The position numbers and the translations under genes were made by a program. Below, piece after piece: positions 49,593-59,421 of a stretch of 64,000 nt of DNA. The notes under the pieces are model-generated. The model searched no databases, had not been told where the DNA came from, and worked only from the letters and a program-made list of their open reading frames with translations. The DNA is taken from positions 1 through 64,000 of IMG/VR virus record IMGVR_UViG_2875459517_000006; one strand, 5' to 3'. Within the stretch, counting starts at the first letter, position 1, and each line of letters begins with the position of its first letter. Source of the stretch: an uncultured virus (IMG/VR IMGVR_UViG_2875459517_000006). Lineage: Duplodnaviria > Heunggongvirae > Uroviricota > Caudoviricetes.

Positions 49593-50026
49593 ACAGCCTC
49601 CGATTCGTTAATTTTCGTAAGCTCTACGTCTTCACGTCGAAAGTTCAAATCCATCCGTACCCACCGCTTGCCGTCCTTCGACTGCGGCCCCCAATACTCC
49701 TTTAGCTCGCGATTCTCGAACATCCAAACGGTGGGCGCCACTCCTGTACCGATTTCGACGCCGATAAAGTAATCGACTTCGTCAAGCATATAAGGCGTGC
49801 CGTCGTGCTTCCGCGCCTGAACGATCCGCTTTCCGCCGCGCTTTTTACGTACGATAATCGTCTTCACCTGAAACGTTTTCCACTCGCCACTCAACGGATC
49901 TTTTGCGCTAATATCGAATGCCTCTTCCGTTTCGGACGTACTGACCGCCTGCCAGCCGCTAGCCAGCAGCGCAGCACGAGCGATCAGTTCCGAATACTTG
50001 CCGGTATCTTCTGCTTTATGCGCCAT
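49589..50026 (-). CDS. PD-(D/E)XK endonuclease (homing-type)
   Basis: 'G..SE..A', 'FD', 'FQVKT', 'Y...EVDYF'; AAGGAGG RBS. Confidence 0.7.
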   Translation of the reverse strand: MAHKAEDTGKYSELIARAALLASGWQAVSTSETEEAFDISAKDPLSGEWKTFQVKTIIVRKKRGGKRIVQARKHDGTPYMLDEVDYFIGVEIGTGVAPTVWMFENRELKEYWGPQSKDGKRWVRMDLNFRREDVELTKINESEAV

Positions 50027-50060
50027 ATAAGCGCCTCCTTTTCGTTTGGTTGGTACGTGA

Positions 50061-50816
50061 TTAGAACGGTAATTCTTCGGAAGTAGGTTCGTTAGAGTCT
50101 GTCGCACTGCCGCCCTCTAACGGAGGCAATACAGATTTCTTAACACCGTCTTTCGCTTCGTGTAGCAGCTTAACAATGTCGCTTTCTTCACGAAAGTTTG
50201 CGAGCTCTTCGTACTTGTAATCGATGCCGATAAATGCTTTTGCTTCTTCAATGACTTCGTCAGGGAGATCACCCGTTTCCAACGAGTACGTTTTATCTGC
50301 CTGTTTAAAGTGAACCGCCTGACCTACGAGTGTGTAATCCGGAAGGATCTTCTTCGCAGGTTTCTCGGCCTTGTCATAGTCGTCGATTAAATTGTTCGCG
50401 TGGAACTCAGCGATATCAATTACGCGATAGGTTTTATATTTCGGATCGTAGACCGGAATCATAAAAAACATCTTACGTTGCGCACCGGCTTTGCACGAAA
50501 TGCATTCAGCCTTACCTGGACGGAAATACTGCTGTAATTCTTCCGTACCTACTTTATCGTGTGGAGAGTGCAGGCATGTGTGTTTGCGGAATTTGTGATC
50601 ATAACCTTTCCCCGTGTATTCTTTATTTTCGTGAACAAAGTAGATGTACCAATCGTCAGGCTGCGCGAGAATGACTAAGTTGCGTCCGTCTTTGTTGATT
50701 TCTCCATAGCTTCCAACGCGAACATATCGCGTAACACCTTCCGGGAATTCACTTTCGCCACTTGACGCTTTATCCCGTTCCTCTTCACGTTTCTTTAAGA
50801 TATCTCGAATGCTCAT
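50061..50816 (-). CDS. Single-stranded DNA-binding protein (gp32-like, with probable Zn ligands)
   Basis: H..HTC...C.SC, acidic tail ending 'ELPF'; start MSIRD after AGGGGG RBS. Confidence 0.7.
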   Translation of the reverse strand: MSIRDILKKREEERDKASSGESEFPEGVTRYVRVGSYGEINKDGRNLVILAQPDDWYIYFVHENKEYTGKGYDHKFRKHTCLHSPHDKVGTEELQQYFRPGKAECISCKAGAQRKMFFMIPVYDPKYKTYRVIDIAEFHANNLIDDYDKAEKPAKKILPDYTLVGQAVHFKQADKTYSLETGDLPDEVIEEAKAFIGIDYKYEELANFREESDIVKLLHEAKDGVKKSVLPPLEGGSATDSNEPTSEELPF

Positions 50817-50962
50817 TCGTTTTCCCCCTACGTTTTTATTAAGGCTTTTCGCCCTCGCAAAATGCCGGTGTCTGCGCCCGAAACGCCGCCAGCGCTTGGC
50901 AGTAGCGACGCGACACGGATTACCTAACGGCCGCCCCGACATTCTCCGAGGGCGCGACGCGC

Positions 50963-51620
50963 CTATGATGCGTCGTCTTCGCCACTTTGCGTCCACATAC
51001 CGAAAAGTATTAATCCGATGATGACGGCGGCAATCGGTCCCACCCACGAAAGATCAGACATACGCCGCCACGCCTTTCTCAATCGATTCAATTTCGGATT
51101 TAATCGCGTTAGCTTTTTCGTTAATTGACGCGTATTCAGAACGAGCAACGGCGATCTTTGCGTCAATGACTGCGATAATCTTATGTGCGCGAGCTTTTGC
51201 GCGGTTTAATTCGAGCTGCGCAATTTCGAGGTTCTTTTCCGCAAGCTGAATCGTTAAGCTTCGTAATTCGCGTTTATGGCGGACGATAATAGCGCCTGAT
51301 TTACGTTTGATTACCGTCTTCAGTTCGTCAGGCAACTCGGTAATCAGCTGTGTACCTGCGGTCGGGTTATCTTCGACTGGCGCCAAAGGATCGGCCATCT
51401 TGTAGACGGTCACTACTCGAATACCATCGACGATCAATCGTGTTCTTGATTTAATATGATCGAACGCTTTTGTTCGATGGCCATGTTCGTTGCTGAGATC
51501 GCCTACATAGAAAGCCGTTTGCATTAAATTCCGAATATGCCCGGCGGCTTGTGGGCGACTTATCCCTAATCGTTCTACCGCACGATCAACGGCGTGTCTT
51601 GTGACCTCGTAATGTTTCAT
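50963..51620 (-). other. Hypothetical coiled-coil gene (51054-51620) and a small TM peptide ending at 50963
   Basis: 'VTRHAVDRAVERLG' N-terminus; hydrophobic small ORF. Confidence 0.6.
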
Positions 51621-51778
51621 CCGACGCGCACCGCCTTAATCGGAGTAGCCGGGAGATAGTCGGCCGGATCTTCATCGTGCGGCCATGCGCCTTGGTAAAT
51701 GAAATCGGTGAGTTTGCGCTCATCTAGCGCTAAAAGCGTTTGAGATTCGTTAAATGTGGGTAAATTCGATGTATGCAT
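51617..51778 (-). CDS. 53-aa hypothetical protein; not in ORF track
   Basis: GGAGG RBS; MHTSNLPTFNESQTLLALDERKLTDFIYQGAWPHDEDPADY...; ATGA overlap with the next gene. Confidence 0.65.
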   Translation of the reverse strand: MHTSNLPTFNESQTLLALDERKLTDFIYQGAWPHDEDPADYLPATPIKAVRVG

Positions 51779-51914
51779 AGTACGTTAGCCTCCGTTATTT
51801 TAAGGATAATCGCACTAGGCCGAGGACATGTTCGCATAATTGTTCTCTTGAATTCGTTGACAATATGCAATACAATGAGGACGTAGCGAAAGTCCTTCGG
51901 GCCTAGCTGCGTAG

Positions 51915-52523
51915 TTATTGCGCGATCAAGTAGTCTCGGTAATCGCCGAACTGTTTGGTATCGAAATTGCGTGAGAGCTTTTCGAGTTTGCGTATGACTG
52001 TTGAGTGATGTAGACCCAACTTTTTCCCGATTGCCGTCGGAGTTGGCTTCTCACTCGAAAGATATGCTTCGGCGATTTGTATTGTCGTTGCGTCAGATGT
52101 AGTACCTAATAGGAAGTTGATCAGTTGCCGCTGGTCAACTTCTTTTTTTGTTGTCAAAAGTTCTTCCGGGGTTATCGTGCAGGGGACCTCGAATGTTGCC
52201 GCATCCTTATGGTCTCCTTTTGGTATAATTTCTCTTTTGTTTCTGTTTACCCGCCCCCTTAAAAAATAACGCCTCTGTAACGGAACACTTGCATTAAATA
52301 ACCTTTCAAAATCATGCTCTCCGTTGTACGACTCAATGCAAGAAAGTAAGGTATCTTCATAAATCGCTCTTGCCTCATAATAATCTGCACCAATTGATTT
52401 ACCGATCGTTTTGAACTTTCGGTCATTTCTTGTTATGAAGTAATCGTAAACCATCCTAAAAGCAGATTCACTTCTACTTTCTTGGTACTTTAATACTTCG
52501 CTATTCAATTGTTCTTTTCTCAA
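51915..52523 (-). CDS. Phage sigma-factor-like transcription regulator
   Basis: Region-2-like N-terminus ('YQE...E.AF..VY'), C-terminal HTH 'PTAIGKKLGLHHSTVIRKL'; GGGAGGA RBS. Confidence 0.65.
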   Translation of the reverse strand: MRKEQLNSEVLKYQESRSESAFRMVYDYFITRNDRKFKTIGKSIGADYYEARAIYEDTLLSCIESYNGEHDFERLFNASVPLQRRYFLRGRVNRNKREIIPKGDHKDAATFEVPCTITPEELLTTKKEVDQRQLINFLLGTTSDATTIQIAEAYLSSEKPTPTAIGKKLGLHHSTVIRKLEKLSRNFDTKQFGDYRDYLIAQ

Positions 52524-52722
52524 TTTTACGTCCTCCCTTTTGCTTACATACGACTATATGCACCTACTTACACAACCGCGCATTTTTTTGTTTGTTTTTT
52601 CTCTATGTGTAAATAATACCAAGTATTTTCTGCAATTATCTGAAAACGACACCCTATTTATATAAAAATAAGTAGCGCGGATACGACCTGAGTATCGTGT
52701 TTCGTAGAAGCTTTAGAAAATT

Positions 52723-52753
52723 AAAAAACCCCACAACGTAATGTTGTGGGGTT
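52723..52753 (-). terminator. Intrinsic terminator after aimP
   Basis: AACCCCACAAC / GTTGTGGGGTT perfect stem followed by a T-run on the minus strand. Confidence 0.88.
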
Positions 52754-52762
52754 AATAAAGAA

Positions 52763-52894
52763 TTAAGCGCCAACCCGAATGTCGGCTACCTTATATCCTC
52801 CTTCGGTGCTAGCTTGATTCTGTGTATCATATTTAAATGCAAATCCTGCTGCCGCCATCACTACGATTAAAGTGGCTAATAATATCTTTTTCAA
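52763..52894 (-). CDS. aimP: Arbitrium pro-peptide AimP (43 aa), predicted mature peptide DIRVGA; not in ORF track
   Basis: AAAGGAGAGG RBS, TTG start; MKKILLATLIVVMAAAGFAFKYDTQNQASTEGGYKVA-DIRVGA; signal peptide plus VA|hexapeptide as in phi3T AimP (VA|SAIRGA). Confidence 0.9.
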   Translation of the reverse strand: MKKILLATLIVVMAAAGFAFKYDTQNQASTEGGYKVADIRVGA

Positions 52895-52912
52895 TTAAAA
52901 CCTCTCCTTTAA

Positions 52913-54058
52913 TTAATTTTTGAATTTTAGGAATGGTCTAAGCGCTCGTGAGTCAGCTCCTGCTTTCTCAAGCTCTTTCGCTACTAACCTTGCAAAAAAG
53001 AAGTTTTCTTGACAGAAAAAAGACTCTAGGCAATTATACATTACATCTATTGACTTTTCCGCTGTGTTTTCGAAAAATATTATAAAATTGTCTTTATCGC
53101 CCCTCTCTAATATCGTATGTAACTTCGCTAAAGAAATTTTCCCATTTCTCGCTTTCTGATATGCTCTCAGCCTGAAGTTAGAATCTTCATCAAGCTCAAC
53201 GCCGTGAAAGACTTTAGCGAAATCTAAATTGAACTTTGCCTCTTGGATATACTGCAAATCGCCCACTTCACGCATTAACTCGTAACTTTTCCGGAGGTTA
53301 TACAAACAGACATTTTTATCATCCGGTAAGTACGACATCCCTATAACATAATATGCATCAGATTTCTTTTTCGCGGATATATTTGCATTAATAATGGATT
53401 CAGCAAAATCCCGAGCAGATTTTACATCATTAAGTTGCAAACTAATAGGCGCTAATAATTCACAGACCCTGAACGTTAAGCATTCTTTATAAAAGGTTTC
53501 TCGCGGCCCTAGGTTTGTTATATCCTTCTGGATTTCCGAGACTTCATTTATTATTTTTTGTATGTCACCTTCAAAATAGTTGTTATACTGTCGAATGATA
53601 TTCATTAAGATCAAAAGTGGTTTACTTGTTATATTGTGGAGTCTTTCTATTGCATCCTTCAGTTCAAAGCCGCTCAACGTTCCTACCATATAGTTATAAA
53701 CAATGCGGTACACTTCCACCGTCTGTTTAAGAACTCCGTCAGTATTTTGGTGAAGTAGTAATAATCTTTTTAAAAGGGGAGCGTTTGTAGTAATTGCGGA
53801 GTATTCAAATGCATTTTTTATTGTTTCTGTCCGCGTGATATGCAAACACCATTCTGACAAAATTTCATGACTTCCCTTTCCTGTTTCTCTTGAAATCAGT
53901 TGAGCGAATTTAATAAGTTTCTTGAAACTTATTTTGCCTTTCTTGAAAAAATCCCTATATGCACTTTCACTCATTCCAACAAACTCCATAACATCCGTCT
54001 TTTTTATGTCATCGTGGTCTTCAATAAAATCATGCACCATTTTTGTGATGTATTCCAA
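52913..54058 (-). CDS. aimR: Arbitrium receptor AimR (RRNPP family, HTH plus TPR)
   Basis: 381 aa helical protein with N-terminal HTH, 'AFEYS', C-terminal 'NFFFA.L...EL...G'; directly upstream of a secreted pro-peptide. Confidence 0.88.
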   Translation of the reverse strand: MEYITKMVHDFIEDHDDIKKTDVMEFVGMSESAYRDFFKKGKISFKKLIKFAQLISRETGKGSHEILSEWCLHITRTETIKNAFEYSAITTNAPLLKRLLLLHQNTDGVLKQTVEVYRIVYNYMVGTLSGFELKDAIERLHNITSKPLLILMNIIRQYNNYFEGDIQKIINEVSEIQKDITNLGPRETFYKECLTFRVCELLAPISLQLNDVKSARDFAESIINANISAKKKSDAYYVIGMSYLPDDKNVCLYNLRKSYELMREVGDLQYIQEAKFNLDFAKVFHGVELDEDSNFRLRAYQKARNGKISLAKLHTILERGDKDNFIIFFENTAEKSIDVMYNCLESFFCQENFFFARLVAKELEKAGADSRALRPFLKFKN

Positions 54059-54207
54059 GTGAGCCTACCTCCTTGATTATCTATTTAAATTCGATCAGCA
54101 ACTTTTAACTAACTCAATTATAATTATTGCATTATCGATATGTCAATAATAATTTTCGGTAGTTTTTGTTAAAGCGATAATATAAAATATACTGGACACC
54201 TTTACGA

Positions 54208-54453
54208 ATGGAGGTGTTTATTACGTTTAAGGTCGGCAAATGTCGGATACCCGAACTACGCAAGAAACGCGGAATTAGTTCCACTCAACTCGCAGCAATG
54301 GTCGGAGTATCAAAAACGCAAATGTCCGATTACGTCAGCCTTCGGAATCTGCCGAGCATCGAACGAACCTACAATATCGCGATGATGCTCGGCTGTGCGC
54401 CCGAAGATCTGTACGATTGGATTGAGGTATCCGACAGCAACACGGAGGGTTAA
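54208..54453 (+). CDS. XRE-family HTH repressor divergent from aimR
   Basis: 'LRKKRGIS..QLA..VGVSK..MSDY....LPSI...IA..LGC..EDLY'. Confidence 0.8.
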   Translation: MEVFITFKVGKCRIPELRKKRGISSTQLAAMVGVSKTQMSDYVSLRNLPSIERTYNIAMMLGCAPEDLYDWIEVSDSNTEG

Positions 54454-54469
54454 TACAACCTCCGCCGAC

Positions 54470-55465
54470 CTAAAGTACGGGAATTCCCGAACCTAAACGT
54501 AAAGAATGCTTCACGACCTCCGCACGATCATACACGTCTCGCAACGCTTCTGTACCGCGCTTTATAAGTAGTTCATCAGCGTCTTTCACCTCCGTAATAT
54601 AACCGTGCGCAAGCCGCACCTTTCCGATCAAATAACGCTCAATCTCCCGCCGTAACTTTTCGCCAGCTTTGTCGTTATCTGTAACCACCGTTAAATATTC
54701 GATAGGTGACTGCGCAATTATGTCCGCCTTTTGTAAATTAAATGTGCTGCCACCGGTTCCGATCGCCGGTATGCCCGCAGACCGCCACGCCATGGCATCG
54801 ATCTCGGCCTCGCATATCACTGCGCTTTTAATCCGCTGCGCATACACGAGATCCATTCCGTAAACTAAATACCGGATAGGCATGCCGCCTTTTACGTACC
54901 AGAACGCCTTCCCCTTCGTCCCCCTATACTTAACGTTAGCCAGCCGCCCGTTAGGAAGCCGCCAAGGGATCGCGACTGCGTTACCGGCAAGTGATACGCC
55001 GGCCTCTTCTTGTACTGCGGCCGCAATGCCCCGGCCCGTTAGATAAGCGTTAGGTCCCGGCGTTGTGTCAGCGAGGACCGATTCCGCTAAAGGTTCCGGC
55101 TTCGTGACGGCCTTTAATTTCGGAAGCCGCAGCGCCATACGCCCGCCTTCAGCCGCCGGTGCATACGTTTCCAATAAGTAATCGATTGCGTCGTCTTCGG
55201 TTTCGCCGCGCAGGAAAGCGAGCAGTTTAACGAACCCACCCCGCGCAAACTCTTCGTCATAGGCGCCTGAGTCGCCCCAATAGCCGGCTTTTGCCGACGC
55301 TGTGTCTTCGAGGTATACGTAAAAGCTCGGAGTCCGATCGTATCTGAATGGACTGGCGGCCAGCAGGCGTTCATCGCCCCAAGTCGGCCGGGTCCAGTCG
55401 AATTGTTCGAGCTCATACCGAATGTCGACGTCTACAAAACGTCCATTCAAAGTTAATATCGGCAA
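54470..55465 (-). CDS. DNA primase (Toprim)
   Basis: 'SPFR.D.TPSF', 'YL..RGI', 'ICEAEIDA', 'DNDKAG', 'KDADE'. Confidence 0.88.
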   Translation of the reverse strand: MPILTLNGRFVDVDIRYELEQFDWTRPTWGDERLLAASPFRYDRTPSFYVYLEDTASAKAGYWGDSGAYDEEFARGGFVKLLAFLRGETEDDAIDYLLETYAPAAEGGRMALRLPKLKAVTKPEPLAESVLADTTPGPNAYLTGRGIAAAVQEEAGVSLAGNAVAIPWRLPNGRLANVKYRGTKGKAFWYVKGGMPIRYLVYGMDLVYAQRIKSAVICEAEIDAMAWRSAGIPAIGTGGSTFNLQKADIIAQSPIEYLTVVTDNDKAGEKLRREIERYLIGKVRLAHGYITEVKDADELLIKRGTEALRDVYDRAEVVKHSLRLGSGIPVL

Positions 55466-55599
55466 TTCGAGACACTTCCTTTCGAGACTTGTAAATTATA
55501 TTACGACATTGTTACGAGAATTACAGTCGCAATTTGTCGAAAATATTCAAAAATTTAGATGTAATTGTTGACAATATCATCCGTTAAATTCCAATCGCT

Positions 55600-57018
55600 C
55601 TAAAACTCGAACACGTCCGCAGCTCCGGCGCCTGTTTCCGGCTGTTTCACCACGCCGATTTGCGGCAGATAGATAATTTCTGCGACTTCCCCTTCGCCGC
55701 CATCGCGCCCTTTATTCAATCCGATTAAGCCGCGTCCTTCTTTCGCGTTCGTGTCAACCGCAATCAATAACGCAGCATCTTCGAGCAGGGCTTTCGTTTT
55801 CTTGACGCCTTTACGTTGCGGTAAACTCAGTTCTCGCTCTCCGTCGTCGCCCGCCTTTTCGTCATCCTCATCCGCCTGTGTGAGCGCAAAGATAGTCGCT
55901 TTCGTATGCCCGGCAAGACGTCGCAATTTTTGCGAAGTATTAGCCGCATCCCCACCCGCAGTCTTTGACGTGTTGGCTTCGTAATCGAGGTAATAAAACG
56001 GATCTACGAGCACGACGTCGGCCTTCGTTTCGATAATGTCCGATTTTAGATCGCGCAATGTACGAGAGACGAAATCTTCATCGTCGACGGCTCGCACCGT
56101 AATATTACCCGGAAGGATTTCGTTGAGCCGATCGAGGAATTCCATAAAACCCGCCTCAAACTCGTCGGATAGTTTGCCCTGCCGGACATCGCGAGAATTG
56201 AATCCGCCCGGTCCTAAGTAACCGATATCACGTTCCATATTGACGCCTTCTAACGGATTATTGTCGATGCCGAATTCTCCTGAAATTGATACGTATAAGC
56301 GCACAAGCACTTCGTACCAGCCCATTTCCATCGACCATATTAGAACGTTCGCCCCCTGCATCGCGCAGTTAATGACTTCCTCTAACGCTATGGCCGATTT
56401 ACCCCGGCCCGACTTTCCGTAGATCACGTATACGTTCGACGAAACATAGCCGCCCATCGCCTTATTGACAAAGTCGAATTTGCTGCGCCAGATCCGGAAG
56501 GATTCGCCGGCCTTACGGTTTTCATATTCCGTTTTAAATTTGTCGATGTCTCGTTTGATATCCGTACCAACCGAATTTCGAACGTTTGTTCTCATTTTAA
56601 GACTTTCGGCCTGCCCCGTCAACCACTCGAAGAATTTTCCCATATCACCGCTTTTTTGCGCTTCAATAAATCGTTTTTCGAGTTGCGGCTCCTGCACTTG
56701 GCGATTGGTTTCCGGATCAATACGCCCGTTCATCAGCTCGATAAATTCGCGCTCGGCCGCCCGGTCCTTGAGATTTTTCGCAAGGTAATCGTAACTGGCT
56801 TCGATATTAAAATCCGGTTGGAAGTCCGGCACCTCATTCGCAACCATCTCGGCCGTCGGCGCTTGGCCTCGGTATTTCTCCGCGTAATCCATAACGTACC
56901 GGAAGGCCTTGCGTTCGCCCTGCGTTTGGAAGTCGGCTTCGGAAACATTAAAGCGCAACAGGGCGTTCGGATCGTTCGCCTCTATGGCCTTCGATATTAA
57001 TAAAGTTCCGTAGTTCAT
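55600..57018 (-). CDS. DnaB-like replicative helicase
   Basis: Walker A GKSGRGKS, SMEM, VLVDP, K.RDG. Confidence 0.9.
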   Translation of the reverse strand: MNYGTLLISKAIEANDPNALLRFNVSEADFQTQGERKAFRYVMDYAEKYRGQAPTAEMVANEVPDFQPDFNIEASYDYLAKNLKDRAAEREFIELMNGRIDPETNRQVQEPQLEKRFIEAQKSGDMGKFFEWLTGQAESLKMRTNVRNSVGTDIKRDIDKFKTEYENRKAGESFRIWRSKFDFVNKAMGGYVSSNVYVIYGKSGRGKSAIALEEVINCAMQGANVLIWSMEMGWYEVLVRLYVSISGEFGIDNNPLEGVNMERDIGYLGPGGFNSRDVRQGKLSDEFEAGFMEFLDRLNEILPGNITVRAVDDEDFVSRTLRDLKSDIIETKADVVLVDPFYYLDYEANTSKTAGGDAANTSQKLRRLAGHTKATIFALTQADEDDEKAGDDGERELSLPQRKGVKKTKALLEDAALLIAVDTNAKEGRGLIGLNKGRDGGEGEVAEIIYLPQIGVVKQPETGAGAADVFEF

Positions 57019-57032
57019 GGGCGTTCAGCTCC

Positions 57033-58486
57033 TTACGTAAAATGTGTGATAACGATAAGCTTCGGTTCCGCTTCAATCCCGAATTCATTGCGGATATGCG
57101 CTCGCACTCTTTCGCAAGCATTTTCGTAAATATCTCCGACTTCTATTTCTGAAAGCCTGAATCCCGTATATTCAGATGCTTTGGTCACGACCTCACCGAC
57201 GACAAAATACCCGCCACTCATCCCGTCTATTAAATACGTAATCTCACCCGAGCTATCCACGCCCTCAAATTTTTCGTATTCTTCGTACTTGTATTCATCG
57301 AATTGATCGTATCCTATATCCGCGCCAATCAAAACCCAATCCGATCTCCATACGCCCATTACTTCTGTTCTCCTTTCGTGGCAATTACGAACCCAGCTAT
57401 ACTTGCGCTAACAAAAAATATAAACCCTATAACTAATTCCTGCATCTATTCGCCCACCTCCCGTCTCAATTTCGCCAGCACAACGTCAGCCTTCGTTTTA
57501 TACTCCGCATCCCCGAACGTCTCGTACAAGCGCATGTTATCGTTGTATTCGTCCAGCAACCCGTCGATTTCCTTCGAAACCTCCTGCGCTTTCTTTTTCG
57601 ACATATCACTCGCCACCTTTTTGAGTCCTTTTCCTAACTCCGCGACGCTTTCTACGCTTGGTAATGTCGGAAAAATGTCCGCAATATGAAAAGCCCCGCC
57701 CGACGGCTCCGGATAATTCGTCTCGTCGTACTCTAGAAGGTAATCTTCCGCGAACTGTTTCCGGCATACCAACCGCAGATCCGTTTCGTACGCGTCGAGG
57801 AATTCACCGTTAATCGCGTCGGTCAGTTCGAACTCGACGTATTCACTTACGCCCCACTCATCGGTTGCCTTTACTTCTCGCCAAGCATCGACGTAGAATA
57901 TCCGATTTTCGTACCCGGCAACCGAGACGATATCCCCGAAGGTGAATTCCGTTTTCATCTACGCATCCCTCGCAATCATTCCAGCGTTACACATCCGTAA
58001 ATATTCATAACGATCTACCTTTCGAATCTTTCCGCAGTTAACGCAGCCGGTTTCATAGTAATCAACAGAATCTTCTGCTACTCCGTTATACTCATATTCA
58101 ACCATTACATCGGCGACTTTCCATTCGTGAAAACATAGCGGACGCTCCTCTTTAGATTTTCGTCCGAATAGCCTCATCTACGCACCTCCTTCCTCTAGAC
58201 GTTTTATATCGTTTTCAACAACTGTTAATATGACCTCGACTTTTTCCAACTCTCTATTTGCGATCAGACATCTTGCGGTCGCCTTATTAATTTCGATCAC
58301 CTGTCCTGTAGGCATAGGGTATGCGGAAGGCCTGAAGTGAGGCAAAGCTTCATATACATTACGCGCCGCGGCTAAAGCCTTAGTCAGTGCTTCGGCTCTT
58401 TTCTCATTAAAATGTTCAAGTCTTTGCTGAAGCCGTACGTACTCGTCGGTCTTACCGGCTTCAACGATACTTAACGGAATATTCAT
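57033..58486 (-). other. Small hypothetical genes (57033-57359, 57446-57958, 57959-58177, 58178-58486)
   Basis: Abutting ORFs with RBSs; 57446-57958 has an IDEAL-like C-terminus. Confidence 0.6.
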
Positions 58487-59265
58487 CTGCGCATCCCCCT
58501 TTTCGATTCGCCTACGAATTCAATCTCGCGGCATAGGTCGCCCACCCGATCGGCCAGACGTCGCTCACCGAATACTTGCCAAAGTTGATCGAGCGCAATG
58601 TTGCTCGTGTAGATCGTCGGCAGCTGATTCGTTACCCTTGCGTTAATAACGGTGTGCAAATCGCCGCGGAAGCCGTCCGTTGCATCGCGAACCCCTATAT
58701 CGTCCAGCACCGCAAACGGCGCCTTCTTTGCGGCCTCAAGCGCACGATAATAACGGGCGGCCGCCGGCTCTGCGACTGAATCCGGAACACGTGGACGGTT
58801 GAATTCGTTATAGTCGTTCTGCCACGCGTTCACATCGAGGAAATACGCTGGCCGCTGCAATGGTTCGAGACCACGCCGCAGGGAGCCGCTGTAATGAACG
58901 CGCAGCCATTCGTTAAGAAGTGCGGCTGCCGTCGTCGTCTTACCGGTGCCGGGCGATTCACTTACGAGGTATAGCGACTTTATGCGGTCCGCTGCCGCTA
59001 CCGAACCAGATTGCTGATCGAATTGACGATTAAATGTAGACGCGTAAGCATAAGCCGCTTTATAAGCCTCCGCTTGATCACCACGCGCCGGCGAATTCTG
59101 TAGCGTCACGAGCCGGTACTCACGCGGAAGCCCTGCCGCCGCCGAACGTCCTCCGTTTCCGCTTACGCCGTGCATCTGAATGAAAGCCGTACAGTGTTTC
59201 GTACAAGCCGCCGTACCTGCCCCCATGCATCCGTTAGCAAGTACGCAATTGTTTTCGTTAGTCAT
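58483..59265 (-). CDS. DnaC/IstB-like helicase loader ATPase
   Basis: N-terminal Cys cluster, PGTGKT, VLDDIG, TIYTSN, 'RL.DR', 'G.S.R'. Confidence 0.88.
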   Translation of the reverse strand: MTNENNCVLANGCMGAGTAACTKHCTAFIQMHGVSGNGGRSAAAGLPREYRLVTLQNSPARGDQAEAYKAAYAYASTFNRQFDQQSGSVAAADRIKSLYLVSESPGTGKTTTAAALLNEWLRVHYSGSLRRGLEPLQRPAYFLDVNAWQNDYNEFNRPRVPDSVAEPAAARYYRALEAAKKAPFAVLDDIGVRDATDGFRGDLHTVINARVTNQLPTIYTSNIALDQLWQVFGERRLADRVGDLCREIEFVGESKRGMRR

Positions 59266-59421
59266 ATTCGCGGACCTCCTTTCGTTATTGCTTTCGTTCA
59301 ACGTCGCCCGTCACGTGATTATCACGCAAACTAAATGTTTTAAGAACGTAACCTCGTCTATCTAAATACTCGATGCACGCCTGCATAATCTCGTGTTTAT
59401 CCAGTTTCACATATACTTCCA

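Noticed and set aside
51858..51876. TTGACA...TACAAT as a sigmaA promoter
   Set aside because: Spacer is only about 8 nt.
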